A stretch of DNA of 64,000 bases. It comes from Spirochaetia bacterium (GTDB taxonomy: Bacteria > Spirochaetota > Spirochaetia > DSM-2461). The notes below the pieces were generated by a model, which saw only the letters and a program-made list of their open reading frames with translations, was not told the origin of the DNA and did no database searches. Made by a program: the position numbers and the translations under genes. The stretch is from assembly GCA_963666985.2 (NCBI GenBank), contig CAXXIA010000001.1:736001-800000 (forward strand), read 5' to 3'. Positions within the stretch are counted from its first letter, which is position 1; each line of letters begins with the position of its first letter. Positions 46,425 through 56,913 of this stretch are shown piece by piece.

Positions 46425-46590
46425 AAGGGAAATCGAACCCCGAAGGTGACGCCGACCGAAAGGGAGGATCAGCAAGCAGGAAGCTTGCGGAAGTCACCGG
46501 AGGCGGCTTTTTCAAGCCGGCAGGACGCCGGCGCGGGAAAAGTCGATTCCCCTAGGGACTAAAATCGACCCGAAAGGGTCGGTTTTTTTT
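46425..46590 (+). repeat. tRNA-linked structured element ending in a perfect 48-bp copy of the tRNA-Glu 3' end plus terminator
   Basis: 46543-46590 is identical to 46249-46296; inverted T-arm copy at 46425-46441; internal CAGGAnG-loop hairpins. Confidence 0.88.
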
Positions 46591-46651
46591 GTCTTTTTTC
46601 GACAAAAAGATTCAAATCGACCAAGACTTTGCAAACTCGGTTCAGGAAATG

Positions 46652-46690
46652 AATGCATAAATATTGACCATTTTTGCATATTTATACATT
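46652..46690 (+). promoter_or_regulatory. Tandem ARG boxes (ArgR operator) overlapping the carAB promoter
   Basis: AATGCATAAATATTGACC and TTTGCATATTTATACATT, two 18-mers separated by 3 bp; TTGACC-N17-CATTCT promoter overlaps them. Confidence 0.78.
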
Positions 46691-46698
46691 CTACTGAC

Positions 46699-47853
46699 AT
46701 GATTCCCAATTCCTATTTGATACTCGACGACGGGAGCGTTTGGCCGGGAAAGTCTTTTGGAGCAACACCTCCAGCTGCCGACAGCCTTGCGAATGCCGAT
46801 GTTTCGTTTGACGGAGAGGTTATATTCAATACGGGTATGACCGGCTATCACGAAATTTTGACCGATCCATCTTATACCGGACAGATCGTCTTGATGACCT
46901 ATCCTCATATTGGAAACTACGGCGATGACGATTCATGGTCTGAAATCGGCCCCGAATCGGGCCGAGAGGGACTTCCCGGGATAAAGGCCGGAGGTTTGGT
47001 CGTCCGAAGCGTTTATGACGGCCGGGTTCCGGCGGGACGGATCAAACTGAACGAATTCCTGAAAAAAAACGGTGTTTGCGGAATCAGTGAAGTCGATACC
47101 AGAGGATTAACGCTTAAGCTTCGCTCGGAAGGCAGCCGCAACGGAATCATCGTCGGCGCAGGACCGAACGGCGATCTTTCGGAAGAAGAGAAAAAAGCGG
47201 CACTTCTGTATCTGCAATCTCTTCCGTCCATGGCGGGGGCGGACCTTACGGGCAAGGTGGGAACGGCCGAGGTGAGTGCAATCAATCCGGAAGGGAAAAT
47301 CCATGTTGCCCTTTTGGACTGCGGATTGAAGATGAACATTATCAGGGAATTGGTTTCCAGGAATGCGCGGGTAACGGTCCTCCCTTCAAAAACGACTCTC
47401 GAAGATATTCAAACGTTGAAGCCGGACGCACTCTTATTATCAAACGGGCCGGGAGACCCCGAACCGCTCGAATCGCAGGCCTCGCTTGCCGCCGGATTAC
47501 TGGGAAAAATTCCGCTCTGGGGAATCTGTCTGGGGCACCAGATCCTTTCCAGAGCCATAGGCGGAAAAACCTATAAAATGAGTTTCGGTCATCATGGTTT
47601 GAATCATCCGGTAAGGGATGAAAAAACGGGACGCGTTTTCGTAACAAGCCAGAATCACGGTTTCGCCGTTGACGAAGCCTCCCTGCCGGATGGGTTTACG
47701 GTAAGATTTCGGAATGCCAACGACGGAAGCGTGGAAGGAATCGAAAATACCGACCTTAAGCTCATCTGCGTACAGCATCATCCCGAGGCTTCTCCCGGAC
47801 CTGACGATTCGTCATGGATTTTCGATCTGTTTCTGGAAACCTTGGAGGATTGA
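46699..47853 (+). CDS. carA: Carbamoyl-phosphate synthase small subunit
   Basis: [52 protein letters not shown]. Confidence 0.97.
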   Translation: MIPNSYLILDDGSVWPGKSFGATPPAADSLANADVSFDGEVIFNTGMTGYHEILTDPSYTGQIVLMTYPHIGNYGDDDSWSEIGPESGREGLPGIKAGGLVVRSVYDGRVPAGRIKLNEFLKKNGVCGISEVDTRGLTLKLRSEGSRNGIIVGAGPNGDLSEEEKKAALLYLQSLPSMAGADLTGKVGTAEVSAINPEGKIHVALLDCGLKMNIIRELVSRNARVTVLPSKTTLEDIQTLKPDALLLSNGPGDPEPLESQASLAAGLLGKIPLWGICLGHQILSRAIGGKTYKMSFGHHGLNHPVRDEKTGRVFVTSQNHGFAVDEASLPDGFTVRFRNANDGSVEGIENTDLKLICVQHHPEASPGPDDSSWIFDLFLETLED

Positions 47854-47855
47854 GG

Positions 47856-50800
47856 ATGCCCGCAAGAGAAGATCTGAACACAATATTGGTTATCGGTTCC
47901 GGACCCATCGTTATCGGGCAAGCCTGCGAGTTCGATTACTCGGGGACTCAAGCGGTCAGGGCTCTTGAAGAAGAAGGCTACAGGGTTGTTCTGGTTAATC
48001 CTAATCCCGCAACGGTGATGACCACCCCGGGAATCGCCGAGTCCATTTATGTTGAGCCGTTAACGCCCGAATATATCGAATCGGTGATTAAGGAAGAACG
48101 GCCTGATGCTCTTCTTTCCACGATGGGCGGGCAGACCGCTTTGAATCTGACTCTGGAACTCAGAGATCTCGGAATTCTTGATAAATACGGGGTGGAAGTT
48201 ATCGGCGCGTCCGTCGAATCCATACGAAAAGCCGAAGATCGTTCCGCGTTTAAAACCGTTATCGAATCCTTGGGGCTTGAATCACCCAAATCTGTTTTAT
48301 GCCGCAGCATTGCCGCAGCCAAAACCACGGCGCGGGAGATCGGCTTCCCGCTGATTATTCGTCCTTCCTTTACCTTGGGCGGCATGGGCGGTTCCATCGC
48401 TTTTGAAGAAGCCGAATTCGATTCTCTGGTGGAAAAGGCGCTTCGGGCCAGCCCTACCCATGAGGCGCTTATTGAAGAGTCTCTTATCGGATGGAAGGAG
48501 TTCGAGCTTGAGGTTATGCGGGATAAGGCGGATAACGCCGTTATCGTTTGTTCCATCGAGAATATCGATCCGATGGGAACGCATACCGGTGATTCGATAA
48601 CCATTGCTCCCGCCCAAACCCTTTCGGATCGGGAATATCAGAAGATGCGCACCGCGGCGATTGAAATCCTTAAGGCCATCGGCGTCGACTGCGGAGGATC
48701 GAATGTCCAATTCGCCGTTCATCCGGAAACGGGAAGGATGATCGTCATCGAAATGAACCCGCGTGTGTCCCGTTCCTCGGCCTTGGCCTCTAAGGCCACC
48801 GGATTCCCCATAGCCAGAGGTTCTGCGAAACTGGCCGTCGGCTATACGCTGGATGAAGTGATGAATGAAATCACGGGGAAAACGGCGCTGGCCTTTGAAC
48901 CGGCTTTGGATTATTGCGCGGTTAAGGTTCCCCGTTTCGAAACGGAAAAATTTCCATCGGCCTACGGTGTGCTGGGAACGCAGATGAAATCGGTGGGCGA
49001 GTCGCTGGCTCTCGGCAGAACCGCCATAGAAGCGCTGAATAAGGCCGTAAGGGCCGCCGAATCCGGTTATGACGGCCTGGAATGCCTGGAACTCCCGCGG
49101 GAGGAAGAGGAGCGTATTCTCTGCAGCGCTCATCCTCGTCGGCTTTTGAGTGCATGGACGGTGATAAAGAGGGAAGGACGCTCCGCTCTGGACGAATTAT
49201 CGCGGAAAACAGGCTTTGATCCGTGGTTTCTGCATCAAATGGCGAATCAGGCCGAATTGGAATCCGAATTGGAACGTTCCGGCGGTGTGCCGTCCGCCCC
49301 TATTTATCTGGAGGCGAAGCGATACGGAATCTCCGATGCCCGAATCGCCGCGTTGGCGGGCATCGGGGAACAAGAACTCCGGACTCTGCGGGAGAGCGAA
49401 AACCTAAAACCCTGTTATCACCTGGTGGATACCTGTGCGGGCGAGTTTGAGGCCTCCACTCCTTATTTTTATTCGACATGGGGAGAGGCCGATGAAGGTG
49501 AACCGATCGGCGAGGATGCCGTGATTATCATCTCATCCGGACCGAATCGGATCGGACAGGGACTGGAATTCGATACGGGCTGCACATTGGCGTCTTTGGC
49601 TTGGCGGAATCTGGGACATAAAACCGTGATGATCAACAGCAATCCGGAAACGGTTTCAACGGATTACAACACTTCGAGCCGGCTCTATATTGAGCCGCTG
49701 ACGGCCGAGCATGTGAAGGATGTGCTGCGGAAAGAAGGCGCGAAAAGGGTTGTGGTGCAGCTCGGAGGACAAACGCCGCTGAACATGGCCGAAGAGCTTG
49801 AGGCTTCCGGCGCGCAGATAGTCGGAACCTCGGTGGAGCAGATTCGCAGAAGTGAAGACAGACAGCTTTTTTCGGCGGCCATATCGAAACTGGGCCTCAG
49901 ACAGCCGAAGAACCGCAGCGCCTCGACAAGGGAAGAAGTCGTTATCCTCGCGCGTCAAATCGGTTTTCCGGTACTCTTAAGACCGTCCTTCGTACTCGGC
50001 GGAAGAAGCATGATGATCGCCTACGGCGAGGAGGAACTTGAGGCTTTTCTGGCGAAAGGAATCCCCGTATCTCCCGAAAGGCCTGTTCTGGTGGATCAAT
50101 TCCTTGAAGATGCTTTTGAATACGACATGGACGCCGTTTCGGATGGAGAGAATCTTTATGTCGGAGGCATCCTTCAGCATATCGAAGCGGCGGGAATCCA
50201 TTCCGGGGACTCCGCGGCCGTTTTCCCTCCCTACAAATCGACACCGGCCGTTCTGGACGCCATGCGGGATGCCGCACGGAAAATCGCCAAGGAATTCGGA
50301 ATTATCGGTTTTTTGAACATTCAATTCGCGGCAAAGGATAATGTTCTTTATCTGATTGAGGTGAATCCGCGCGCTTCCCGAACCGTTCCTTTCTTAAGCA
50401 AGGCCTCGGGCGTGAATATGGTTGCCCTTGCTGTGAAGGTTTGGGAAGGGCGGTCGCTTGCCGAGCAGGGAATGGTGGATTCAACGGGATACGGAGAAGG
50501 ACGGTGTCTTACCGGATGGGCCGTGAAAGAGGCCGTATTCTCTTTCGACCGCTTTGTCGGGCTGGATCCGATACTCGGTCCCGAAATGAAATCGACAGGC
50601 GAGGCCATCGGTACGGGCGCTACATTCGGAGAGGCCTTCGCCAAGGTTCAAAGAGCCGTCGGGACGATTCTTCCCAAAGAAGGAAGGGTATTCGTTTCGG
50701 TGAATAAAAAAGATCGGGACACAATCCTGCCGACCGTGAAAGAACTTGTCGATTTGGGCTTTGCCGTCTGTGCGACCAGGGGAACGGCCAACTACCTTTT

Positions 50801-51125
50801 TGAAAAGGGGATCTTTTCCGAAGTTATTCTGAAGGTCCACGAGGGGCATCCGAACGTTCTGGATCATATGAGATCGGGAAGAATCCAGCTGCTGATCAAC
50901 ACTCCCAGCGGACGAAACAGTCAGATAGGCGGTGAAGACATTCGAACCGAAGCGGTCGCCATGAAAATTCCTTACACCACCACAACAAGCGCGGCCGCCG
51001 CAGCGGTGCACGGCATCCGATATCTGAGAACCGGATACGCGGAAGTGAAACGTCTTCCCAAGACCGAAAAGTTCGATGTTTCATCTAAAAACGATAATAT
51101 ATCGAAATCTTCTGTATTACGATAA
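47856..51125 (+). CDS. carB: Carbamoyl-phosphate synthase large subunit
   Basis: [36 protein letters not shown], second ATP-grasp half, C-terminal MGS domain. Confidence 0.97.
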   Translation: MPAREDLNTILVIGSGPIVIGQACEFDYSGTQAVRALEEEGYRVVLVNPNPATVMTTPGIAESIYVEPLTPEYIESVIKEERPDALLSTMGGQTALNLTLELRDLGILDKYGVEVIGASVESIRKAEDRSAFKTVIESLGLESPKSVLCRSIAAAKTTAREIGFPLIIRPSFTLGGMGGSIAFEEAEFDSLVEKALRASPTHEALIEESLIGWKEFELEVMRDKADNAVIVCSIENIDPMGTHTGDSITIAPAQTLSDREYQKMRTAAIEILKAIGVDCGGSNVQFAVHPETGRMIVIEMNPRVSRSSALASKATGFPIARGSAKLAVGYTLDEVMNEITGKTALAFEPALDYCAVKVPRFETEKFPSAYGVLGTQMKSVGESLALGRTAIEALNKAVRAAESGYDGLECLELPREEEERILCSAHPRRLLSAWTVIKREGRSALDELSRKTGFDPWFLHQMANQAELESELERSGGVPSAPIYLEAKRYGISDARIAALAGIGEQELRTLRESENLKPCYHLVDTCAGEFEASTPYFYSTWGEADEGEPIGEDAVIIISSGPNRIGQGLEFDTGCTLASLAWRNLGHKTVMINSNPETVSTDYNTSSRLYIEPLTAEHVKDVLRKEGAKRVVVQLGGQTPLNMAEELEASGAQIVGTSVEQIRRSEDRQLFSAAISKLGLRQPKNRSASTREEVVILARQIGFPVLLRPSFVLGGRSMMIAYGEEELEAFLAKGIPVSPERPVLVDQFLEDAFEYDMDAVSDGENLYVGGILQHIEAAGIHSGDSAAVFPPYKSTPAVLDAMRDAARKIAKEFGIIGFLNIQFAAKDNVLYLIEVNPRASRTVPFLSKASGVNMVALAVKVWEGRSLAEQGMVDSTGYGEGRCLTGWAVKEAVFSFDRFVGLDPILGPEMKSTGEAIGTGATFGEAFAKVQRAVGTILPKEGRVFVSVNKKDRDTILPTVKELVDLGFAVCATRGTANYLFEKGIFSEVILKVHEGHPNVLDHMRSGRIQLLINTPSGRNSQIGGEDIRTEAVAMKIPYTTTTSAAAAAVHGIRYLRTGYAEVKRLPKTEKFDVSSKNDNISKSSVLR

Positions 51126-51147
51126 TTACAAGTGTTATTCTAAGGAT

Positions 51148-52857
51148 ATGGAGTCAATATTCGACCGGCTTGCCAGAGAATTGTCACGGGAAGAACGCCG
51201 GTCTCTTTTAACGAAAATTGGTGAATCTCAGGATCTGAATGAAGAACCCATGAGGCTTGATGAAGTATCCGCCAATGAACCGGTTATTTTAGACAGGGAA
51301 TTCGCGGAGCTCTCTTTTTTTGCGCGTCTTAGGATTGTTCTTTTAGGATTTTTTACGGGCCGGGGAAGGCATAAACTCACCGAAGAGTTCCTGCTTCATA
51401 AAATTCAGCGGAAAGTGGAGCGGGGCTCATCCGGATTATTTGATTTCAACAGGGAATTGGTCAGCCCGAAAATGCACGATCAGATCGCCAGGCTGAAGTC
51501 GGCGATGGATGTTTTTCATCGTCCCATGATGCGCGCCCTGGAGGGAGATAAACCCGATTTTTACGCGCTTCTGGCGAAACTTGAGTTTGAAGACATTATT
51601 CAGCGGCTTGAAACGGAAACGAATCCGTATCATTTGGAAGAAGAAGCACCCGGCTCTCTTCCCTCTGAAATCAAGAAAAAAATGGATTCCGTTTTCGAGA
51701 TGATTCTGGGGGATATCATCCCGGATCGGCGGCGGCGGATGTCGGCCCATACAACGGCTTTGGCGCGGCTTCGAACCTTAACGCGTTATCCCTATGATCG
51801 AATCCTCGCTCTTTTTCCTCCCAGCGACCAGGGAGCGGCCGCCGCCGCGTCGCTCAGGCAGCTGAAGGATCCGCTCTTGGAGCTCGGCGATGCCCTTTAC
51901 GCATTTCGTTCTCCGCCGGCCACCACACTTTTGGAATCACTCTTTCTTTTTGAACTGCAGGATATCCTGGTCGACGAGAGCAGCCGGCTGGAACTTGAGC
52001 TGACCGAACGAATGGACAGAGCCGCCGCGGCGCTGGATATAATCAGAAAAATCAATTCCGATATTCCTTGGGGCGATCTTCTTAAAGCTTTGGCCGAAGA
52101 TCTTCGGTATTCGCCCCGACCTGTCGGCGGCGGAGAAGATTGGTTTCATGTGTTCAAAACGTTCTGGAAAAACAGATTGGCCGTCCGCTATCGCGCCTGG
52201 GCCGAAAAAAAGCGTCAGGCGGAACTCCTTCGCGGATTAACGGCCCTCTGGGGCTTGGAGATTATTGCCGAAATTCCCGGATACCGTGCGAATGAATTCC
52301 CCGAAAACATCCAGCCGCGGCATAATTCCAGTTTCGCGGCGACTCTGGCGCTTTTTCTTGAGGTGTTCCAAGGAAGGCTCTATCACAGTCTTAATCTCAT
52401 CATGATAGACGGGAAATTCTATAAAAAAGACAACCGCAGGGAATTTGAGGAAGTCTACGGAAGATTTTTAAAGACTCCCGATAAGGTCAGAGCCCTTGTG
52501 ACCCGATTGCGGCCCGACGGAGAGTTCGGTATCCGTCAGGCGGATTTGAGGAGATTGGCCGCTTCCGGCGAGAATATCGAAGATAAAATGAAAGACCATG
52601 TCAGATCGCTGGACAGGGAAAGTCAGAATCTTGTCGTTCCCATCATCGGCGATTTAAAGGCCATGTCGCGATTATTAAAAGGCATCCTTGATGGAAACGG
52701 GGGGACCTACGATACACTCTCGAACATGGCCGAAATCGGAGGACAGGGGCATAAAACCTTCAGAATGAGCCTTCAGGAAGTAGGGAATATCATACAGCAG
52801 AGTTCCGAACTTCTTTCGGACTTGGTTTCCCTGGAAGAGAAACGAATAGCGCCCTGA
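51148..52857 (+). CDS. Conserved spirochete hypothetical protein (DUF5312-like)
   Basis: Long helical ORF beginning F..L...LS.EER..LL, with GGGEDWF and G.FYK..NR.EF motifs that I associate with this family from memory. Confidence 0.7.
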   Translation: MESIFDRLARELSREERRSLLTKIGESQDLNEEPMRLDEVSANEPVILDREFAELSFFARLRIVLLGFFTGRGRHKLTEEFLLHKIQRKVERGSSGLFDFNRELVSPKMHDQIARLKSAMDVFHRPMMRALEGDKPDFYALLAKLEFEDIIQRLETETNPYHLEEEAPGSLPSEIKKKMDSVFEMILGDIIPDRRRRMSAHTTALARLRTLTRYPYDRILALFPPSDQGAAAAASLRQLKDPLLELGDALYAFRSPPATTLLESLFLFELQDILVDESSRLELELTERMDRAAAALDIIRKINSDIPWGDLLKALAEDLRYSPRPVGGGEDWFHVFKTFWKNRLAVRYRAWAEKKRQAELLRGLTALWGLEIIAEIPGYRANEFPENIQPRHNSSFAATLALFLEVFQGRLYHSLNLIMIDGKFYKKDNRREFEEVYGRFLKTPDKVRALVTRLRPDGEFGIRQADLRRLAASGENIEDKMKDHVRSLDRESQNLVVPIIGDLKAMSRLLKGILDGNGGTYDTLSNMAEIGGQGHKTFRMSLQEVGNIIQQSSELLSDLVSLEEKRIAP

Positions 52858-53058
52858 TTGGAATTGACCCCCCCCGTCAATCCATGATCGAATGCCCCGG
52901 GTTTCGGTGTATCGGGACGAAATCCGATCGGAGACCGTATGATTCCGAGGCGAACCGGCCGATTTCTTCGGCAGGGTTCGTTTTTGAATCCCTTTTGCCG
53001 TATATCCCCCCGAAGAACCTCATCAGGAACGTATCCCCTTGAGATAAGGAGCTTGTAC

Positions 53059-54801
53059 ATGAACGACATCAAAGACATCTGGACCGCCAGGGTTCTTTCA
53101 TCTTTGGAAACTCTCGCCGTAAAAGCAGGTATTGAATCTTCCGGTTTCAAGGAACGCCTGAGCGTCGGGAAACCTCCGAAGAGCGATATGGGCGATTTAT
53201 CATTTCCTTTATTCCCTTTTGCCAAGGACTTTAAAAAAGCTCCTCCGGCGATTGCCGCGGAACTGGCCGAAGCTCTCGGAGGAAAAGAATCCGGTGTTTC
53301 GGCCGCAGGTCCATATGTGAATGTCCGAATTGACCGAAGCGCCGCCATTGAGTCCGTCTTGAACGCCGTTGAGGCGGCCGGGGAGAACTGGGGCGGCGGG
53401 GATGAACTTGCCGGGCGAAAGGTCATGATTGAGTTCTCCAGCCCCAACACGAATAAACCTCTGCACTTGGGACACATGAGGAACGACATTCTGGGCGAAA
53501 GCTGCGCCAGAATCATGAAAGCGCGCGGTGCCGAAGTTTTAAAGGTGAATCTCGTTAACGATCGAGGAGTGCATATCTGCAAATCCATGCTGGCATATAA
53601 AAAGTTCGGCAATGAAGAAACACCGGAAACACTCCATGTAAAAAGCGATCGTTTCGTCGGAGATCTCTATGTGAAATTCAGCAAATGGGCATCCGAAGAT
53701 CAATCGGCGGAAACTCTGGCCCAGGAAATGCTGCAGAAGTGGGAATCCGGCGATGAAGAGATTCGAAACCTCTGGGAAACCATGAACGATTGGGCTCTTT
53801 CGGGTATTGAAAAAACCTATCGGAGAACCGGTGTGAGTTTCGATAGAATCTACCGAGAAAGCAATACCTACATGCTCGGGAAAGAACAGGTTCTTTCGGG
53901 ACTGAAAAAAGGCGTTTTCTACAAACATGATGATGGATCGGTTCGATTCGATATGTCGGAAATCGGATTGGATACCAAGGTTATGCTTCGATCCGACGGC
54001 ACATCGGTTTACATGACTCAGGATTTGGGAACCGCCATCAGCCGCCATGAGGATTGGCCCTTCGATCAGCTCATTTACGTTGTGGGAAGCGAGCAGGAAT
54101 ATCATTTCAGAGTTCTTTTTCATGCTCTCTCGAAATTGGGATATCCCTGGGCCGAGAAACTGCGCCATCTTTCCTACGGCATGGTGAATCTGCCTGAAGG
54201 AAAGATGAAATCAAGAGAAGGCACGGTTGTTGACGCGGATGATCTGATCGACAGCTTGGCATCCATGGCTTTGGCTGAAATTCGAGAAAAGGGACGGGAA
54301 GATTTCTTGGATGATGCCGAGTCAACCGCTGAAAAAATAGCCATAGCGGCCCTGCATTATTTTCTTCTTCAGGTAACACCGACAAAAGATATGATTTTTA
54401 ATCCGAAGGATTCGTTATCCTTCAACGGGAATACCGGTCCTTATCTTCAATACATGGTGGCCCGGGTAACCGGTTTGACTGCAAAGGCCCCTAAGGAAAT
54501 TGAATCGGCCGATGTTGATGCTTCGTTACTCGTAAGAGACGACGAATGGGAATTATGCCGGAGAATCGCCGAGTTTCCGGAATTGGTTTTTCGAGCCGCC
54601 GATAAACTCGATCCGTCGTTACTGGCGGCAGGGCTGTACGATATCGCAAGAGATTTCAGCCGCTATTATCATGATGTTCCCATAGCCAAAGCGGAAGGAA
54701 TCCCTCTCGCCGCGGCGCGGATGTCTTTGGCAAAGGCCGTATTGGCAACCTTGAAAAGCGGTTTTAAACTGCTGAACATACCTTATATCGAGGCCATGTA
54801 A
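53059..54801 (+). CDS. argS: Arginine--tRNA ligase
   Basis: EFSSPNTNKPLHLGH, KMKSREG, GNTGPYLQY, ends in M; SD AAGGAG. Confidence 0.97.
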   Translation: MNDIKDIWTARVLSSLETLAVKAGIESSGFKERLSVGKPPKSDMGDLSFPLFPFAKDFKKAPPAIAAELAEALGGKESGVSAAGPYVNVRIDRSAAIESVLNAVEAAGENWGGGDELAGRKVMIEFSSPNTNKPLHLGHMRNDILGESCARIMKARGAEVLKVNLVNDRGVHICKSMLAYKKFGNEETPETLHVKSDRFVGDLYVKFSKWASEDQSAETLAQEMLQKWESGDEEIRNLWETMNDWALSGIEKTYRRTGVSFDRIYRESNTYMLGKEQVLSGLKKGVFYKHDDGSVRFDMSEIGLDTKVMLRSDGTSVYMTQDLGTAISRHEDWPFDQLIYVVGSEQEYHFRVLFHALSKLGYPWAEKLRHLSYGMVNLPEGKMKSREGTVVDADDLIDSLASMALAEIREKGREDFLDDAESTAEKIAIAALHYFLLQVTPTKDMIFNPKDSLSFNGNTGPYLQYMVARVTGLTAKAPKEIESADVDASLLVRDDEWELCRRIAEFPELVFRAADKLDPSLLAAGLYDIARDFSRYYHDVPIAKAEGIPLAAARMSLAKAVLATLKSGFKLLNIPYIEAM

Positions 54802-54935
54802 GGTATTCGAAAGTTCGGAGAGTTCGCCGGAAACCATCGGTCGGGTTGACCATAAGTCCCGGCTAATGCTATACATGCTCGATGCGCTCAACGGTTGCGG
54901 CCGTAGGGTGATAGATTACTATAAGGGACCGAAGA

Positions 54936-55247
54936 ATGTACGCTTTAGTTGAAATAAAGGGAAAGCAGTATAAAGTGGAGAAGGGAAGCTTGATACGAGT
55001 GGATCTTCTTGACGAGAAAGCCGGCAGTGCCGTCGAATTTGAAAAAGTTCTGATGCTTTCGGGAGACAAGGGTCCGAAAATTGGTCGGCCTTATGTCGAC
55101 GGCGCCAAGATTTCGGCTACCGTCGGTGAAAATGTCAAAGGCACGAAAGTCAATGTGATGAAGTTCAAGCGTCGCAAGGGCTATCATCGGAACCAGGGAC
55201 ATCGCCAGAAGTACACCATGCTTAAGGTGAACGATATCATCGGTTAG
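54936..55247 (+). CDS. rplU: 50S ribosomal protein L21
   Basis: MYALVEIKGKQYKV ... GHRQKYT. Confidence 0.97.
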   Translation: MYALVEIKGKQYKVEKGSLIRVDLLDEKAGSAVEFEKVLMLSGDKGPKIGRPYVDGAKISATVGENVKGTKVNVMKFKRRKGYHRNQGHRQKYTMLKVNDIIG

Positions 55248-55254
55248 GATAACC

Positions 55255-55659
55255 TTGGTTTCCATCGTCGTGGGACTGGACGGGCGGGGTGCCTTGCGCC
55301 GCCTCGAAATGGAAGGTCATGCGGACGGATTCGGAACGGCGGAATTACCGCGGAGTTTCGATTTAAGGAACTGGTTCCGAAAACGGAATGGAACGGAAAC
55401 CTTCGCGAGCCGGGGGAATCCGGCCTGTGCGGCGGTAACGCTGGTGGCCCGTTCGGTCGCTCGATTGGCGGCTTCAAGAACGGGATGGACAGTCGACGGG
55501 GATGCGTCGGAACCGGGGAACCTCTCCCTGGTTATCAAAAGCCGTCCCGAAGACACGGATGAATGGCTTCTCGGGGTAACCGATACCCTGATGCAGGCCT
55601 TGGCCGATATCACCGAGGAATACCCCGGAGCGATTTCGGTGAGAACAGAGGAGATGTAA
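55255..55659 (+). CDS. prp: Prp-like ribosomal-processing cysteine protease
   Basis: Located between rplU and rpmA; GHA and CAAV catalytic motifs, ..EEYP near the end; TTG start. Confidence 0.82.
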   Translation: MVSIVVGLDGRGALRRLEMEGHADGFGTAELPRSFDLRNWFRKRNGTETFASRGNPACAAVTLVARSVARLAASRTGWTVDGDASEPGNLSLVIKSRPEDTDEWLLGVTDTLMQALADITEEYPGAISVRTEEM

Positions 55660-55914
55660 ATGGCTCATAAAAAAGGCGGCGGTTCTTCTAAGAACGGTCG
55701 CGATTCCAATGCCCAAAGGCTTGGTGTGAAGCGTTTCGGCGGTCAGGTTGTTAAGGCCGGAGAAATCCTTATCCGTCAGCGCGGCACCAGAATCCATCCC
55801 GGCGACAATGTCGGCCGCGGAAAGGACGATACGCTCTTCGCTAAAGCGGCGGGTACCGTTCTCTACCATTTTAAAAAAGGTAAGAAGCGGGTCTCCATCG
55901 TTACGGAAGGATAG
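55660..55914 (+). CDS. rpmA: 50S ribosomal protein L27
   Basis: [34 protein letters not shown]. Confidence 0.98.
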   Translation: MAHKKGGGSSKNGRDSNAQRLGVKRFGGQVVKAGEILIRQRGTRIHPGDNVGRGKDDTLFAKAAGTVLYHFKKGKKRVSIVTEG

Positions 55915-55920
55915 GATTCT

Positions 55921-56913
55921 GTGTCCGCCTTCGTCGACGAGACCCGGTTCGAGGTCCGTTCCGGCGACGGCGGTTCCGGCAGCGCCTCTTTTCGCCGGGA
56001 AAAATATGCCCCTAAGGGCGGCCCCGACGGCGGCGACGGCGGCCGCGGCGGGGATGTCGTTTTTATCACTAAAAAAAATCTGGCAACTCTTGCGCACCTT
56101 CGCGGTAAAGCCGTTTTCAAGGCTCGTCACGGCGAACCGGGAAGAGGCCGGAGAATGCATGGAAGCAACGGCGACGACGAGATAATTCCGGTGCCTCCGG
56201 GAACTCGAATCCGAAATGCTTTCTCCGGAGAAATTCTCCATGATTTTCCCAAGGATCTCGAAGGGGAAAGATGGGTTTGTCTTTCGGGCGGCAAAGGCGG
56301 TCTCGGCAACTGGCATTTTAAAAGTTCTCGGAACAGACGCCCTACATACGCACAGCCCGGACTGCCCGGTTCCATGCTGGAAGTTTCACTGGAATTGGCC
56401 CTTATTGCCGACATCGGGCTTATCGGACTGCCCAGCGCGGGAAAATCAAGTCTGATTAATGCCGTTACCGCCGCTCAATCGAAAGTCGGTGCTTATCCTT
56501 TTACAACGAAAGTTCCCCATTTGGGCGTACTCAAACGAGGAGAGGCTGAAATAGTCGTAGCGGATATTCCGGGATTAATTGAAGGCGCTTCGGAGGGCGC
56601 CGGACTCGGACATAAATTTCTCAGGCATATAGGTCGAGCGGGCTCCTTAGCCTTTTTAACGGATTTAAGCGAGGATAATCCGGCGACTGCCGTCCGCATC
56701 CTTGAGAAAGAGCTGCTTGGTTACGATGAGTCTTTAAGCTCGAAAAAGCGAATTATCGTCGGAACGAAAACCGATCTTGATGAGGATGGGAAAGGTTTTG
56801 ACGCTCTGAAAAAAGCATTCCCGGACGATATCGTTCTGGGAGTCTCCGTATTCAATCGGGAAGGTCTGGAACATCTTATCAATCTCTTCATTGAATTCGG
56901 AACGGGAGCGTAA
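55921..56913 (+). CDS. obgE: GTPase ObgE/CgtA
   Basis: FVDE, FRREKY.PKGGPDGGDGG, GLPSAGKS, YPFTT, DIPGLIEGA, TK.D. Confidence 0.97.
   Translation: MSAFVDETRFEVRSGDGGSGSASFRREKYAPKGGPDGGDGGRGGDVVFITKKNLATLAHLRGKAVFKARHGEPGRGRRMHGSNGDDEIIPVPPGTRIRNAFSGEILHDFPKDLEGERWVCLSGGKGGLGNWHFKSSRNRRPTYAQPGLPGSMLEVSLELALIADIGLIGLPSAGKSSLINAVTAAQSKVGAYPFTTKVPHLGVLKRGEAEIVVADIPGLIEGASEGAGLGHKFLRHIGRAGSLAFLTDLSEDNPATAVRILEKELLGYDESLSSKKRIIVGTKTDLDEDGKGFDALKKAFPDDIVLGVSVFNREGLEHLINLFIEFGTGA

Noticed and set aside
52858..53058. Possible T-box leader upstream of argS
   Set aside because: No GGTGGNACCGCG T-box sequence or terminator; only weak hairpins.
54850..54935. Ribosomal protein L21 leader RNA
   Set aside because: A short leader with a weak hairpin; I could not match it to a known leader structure.
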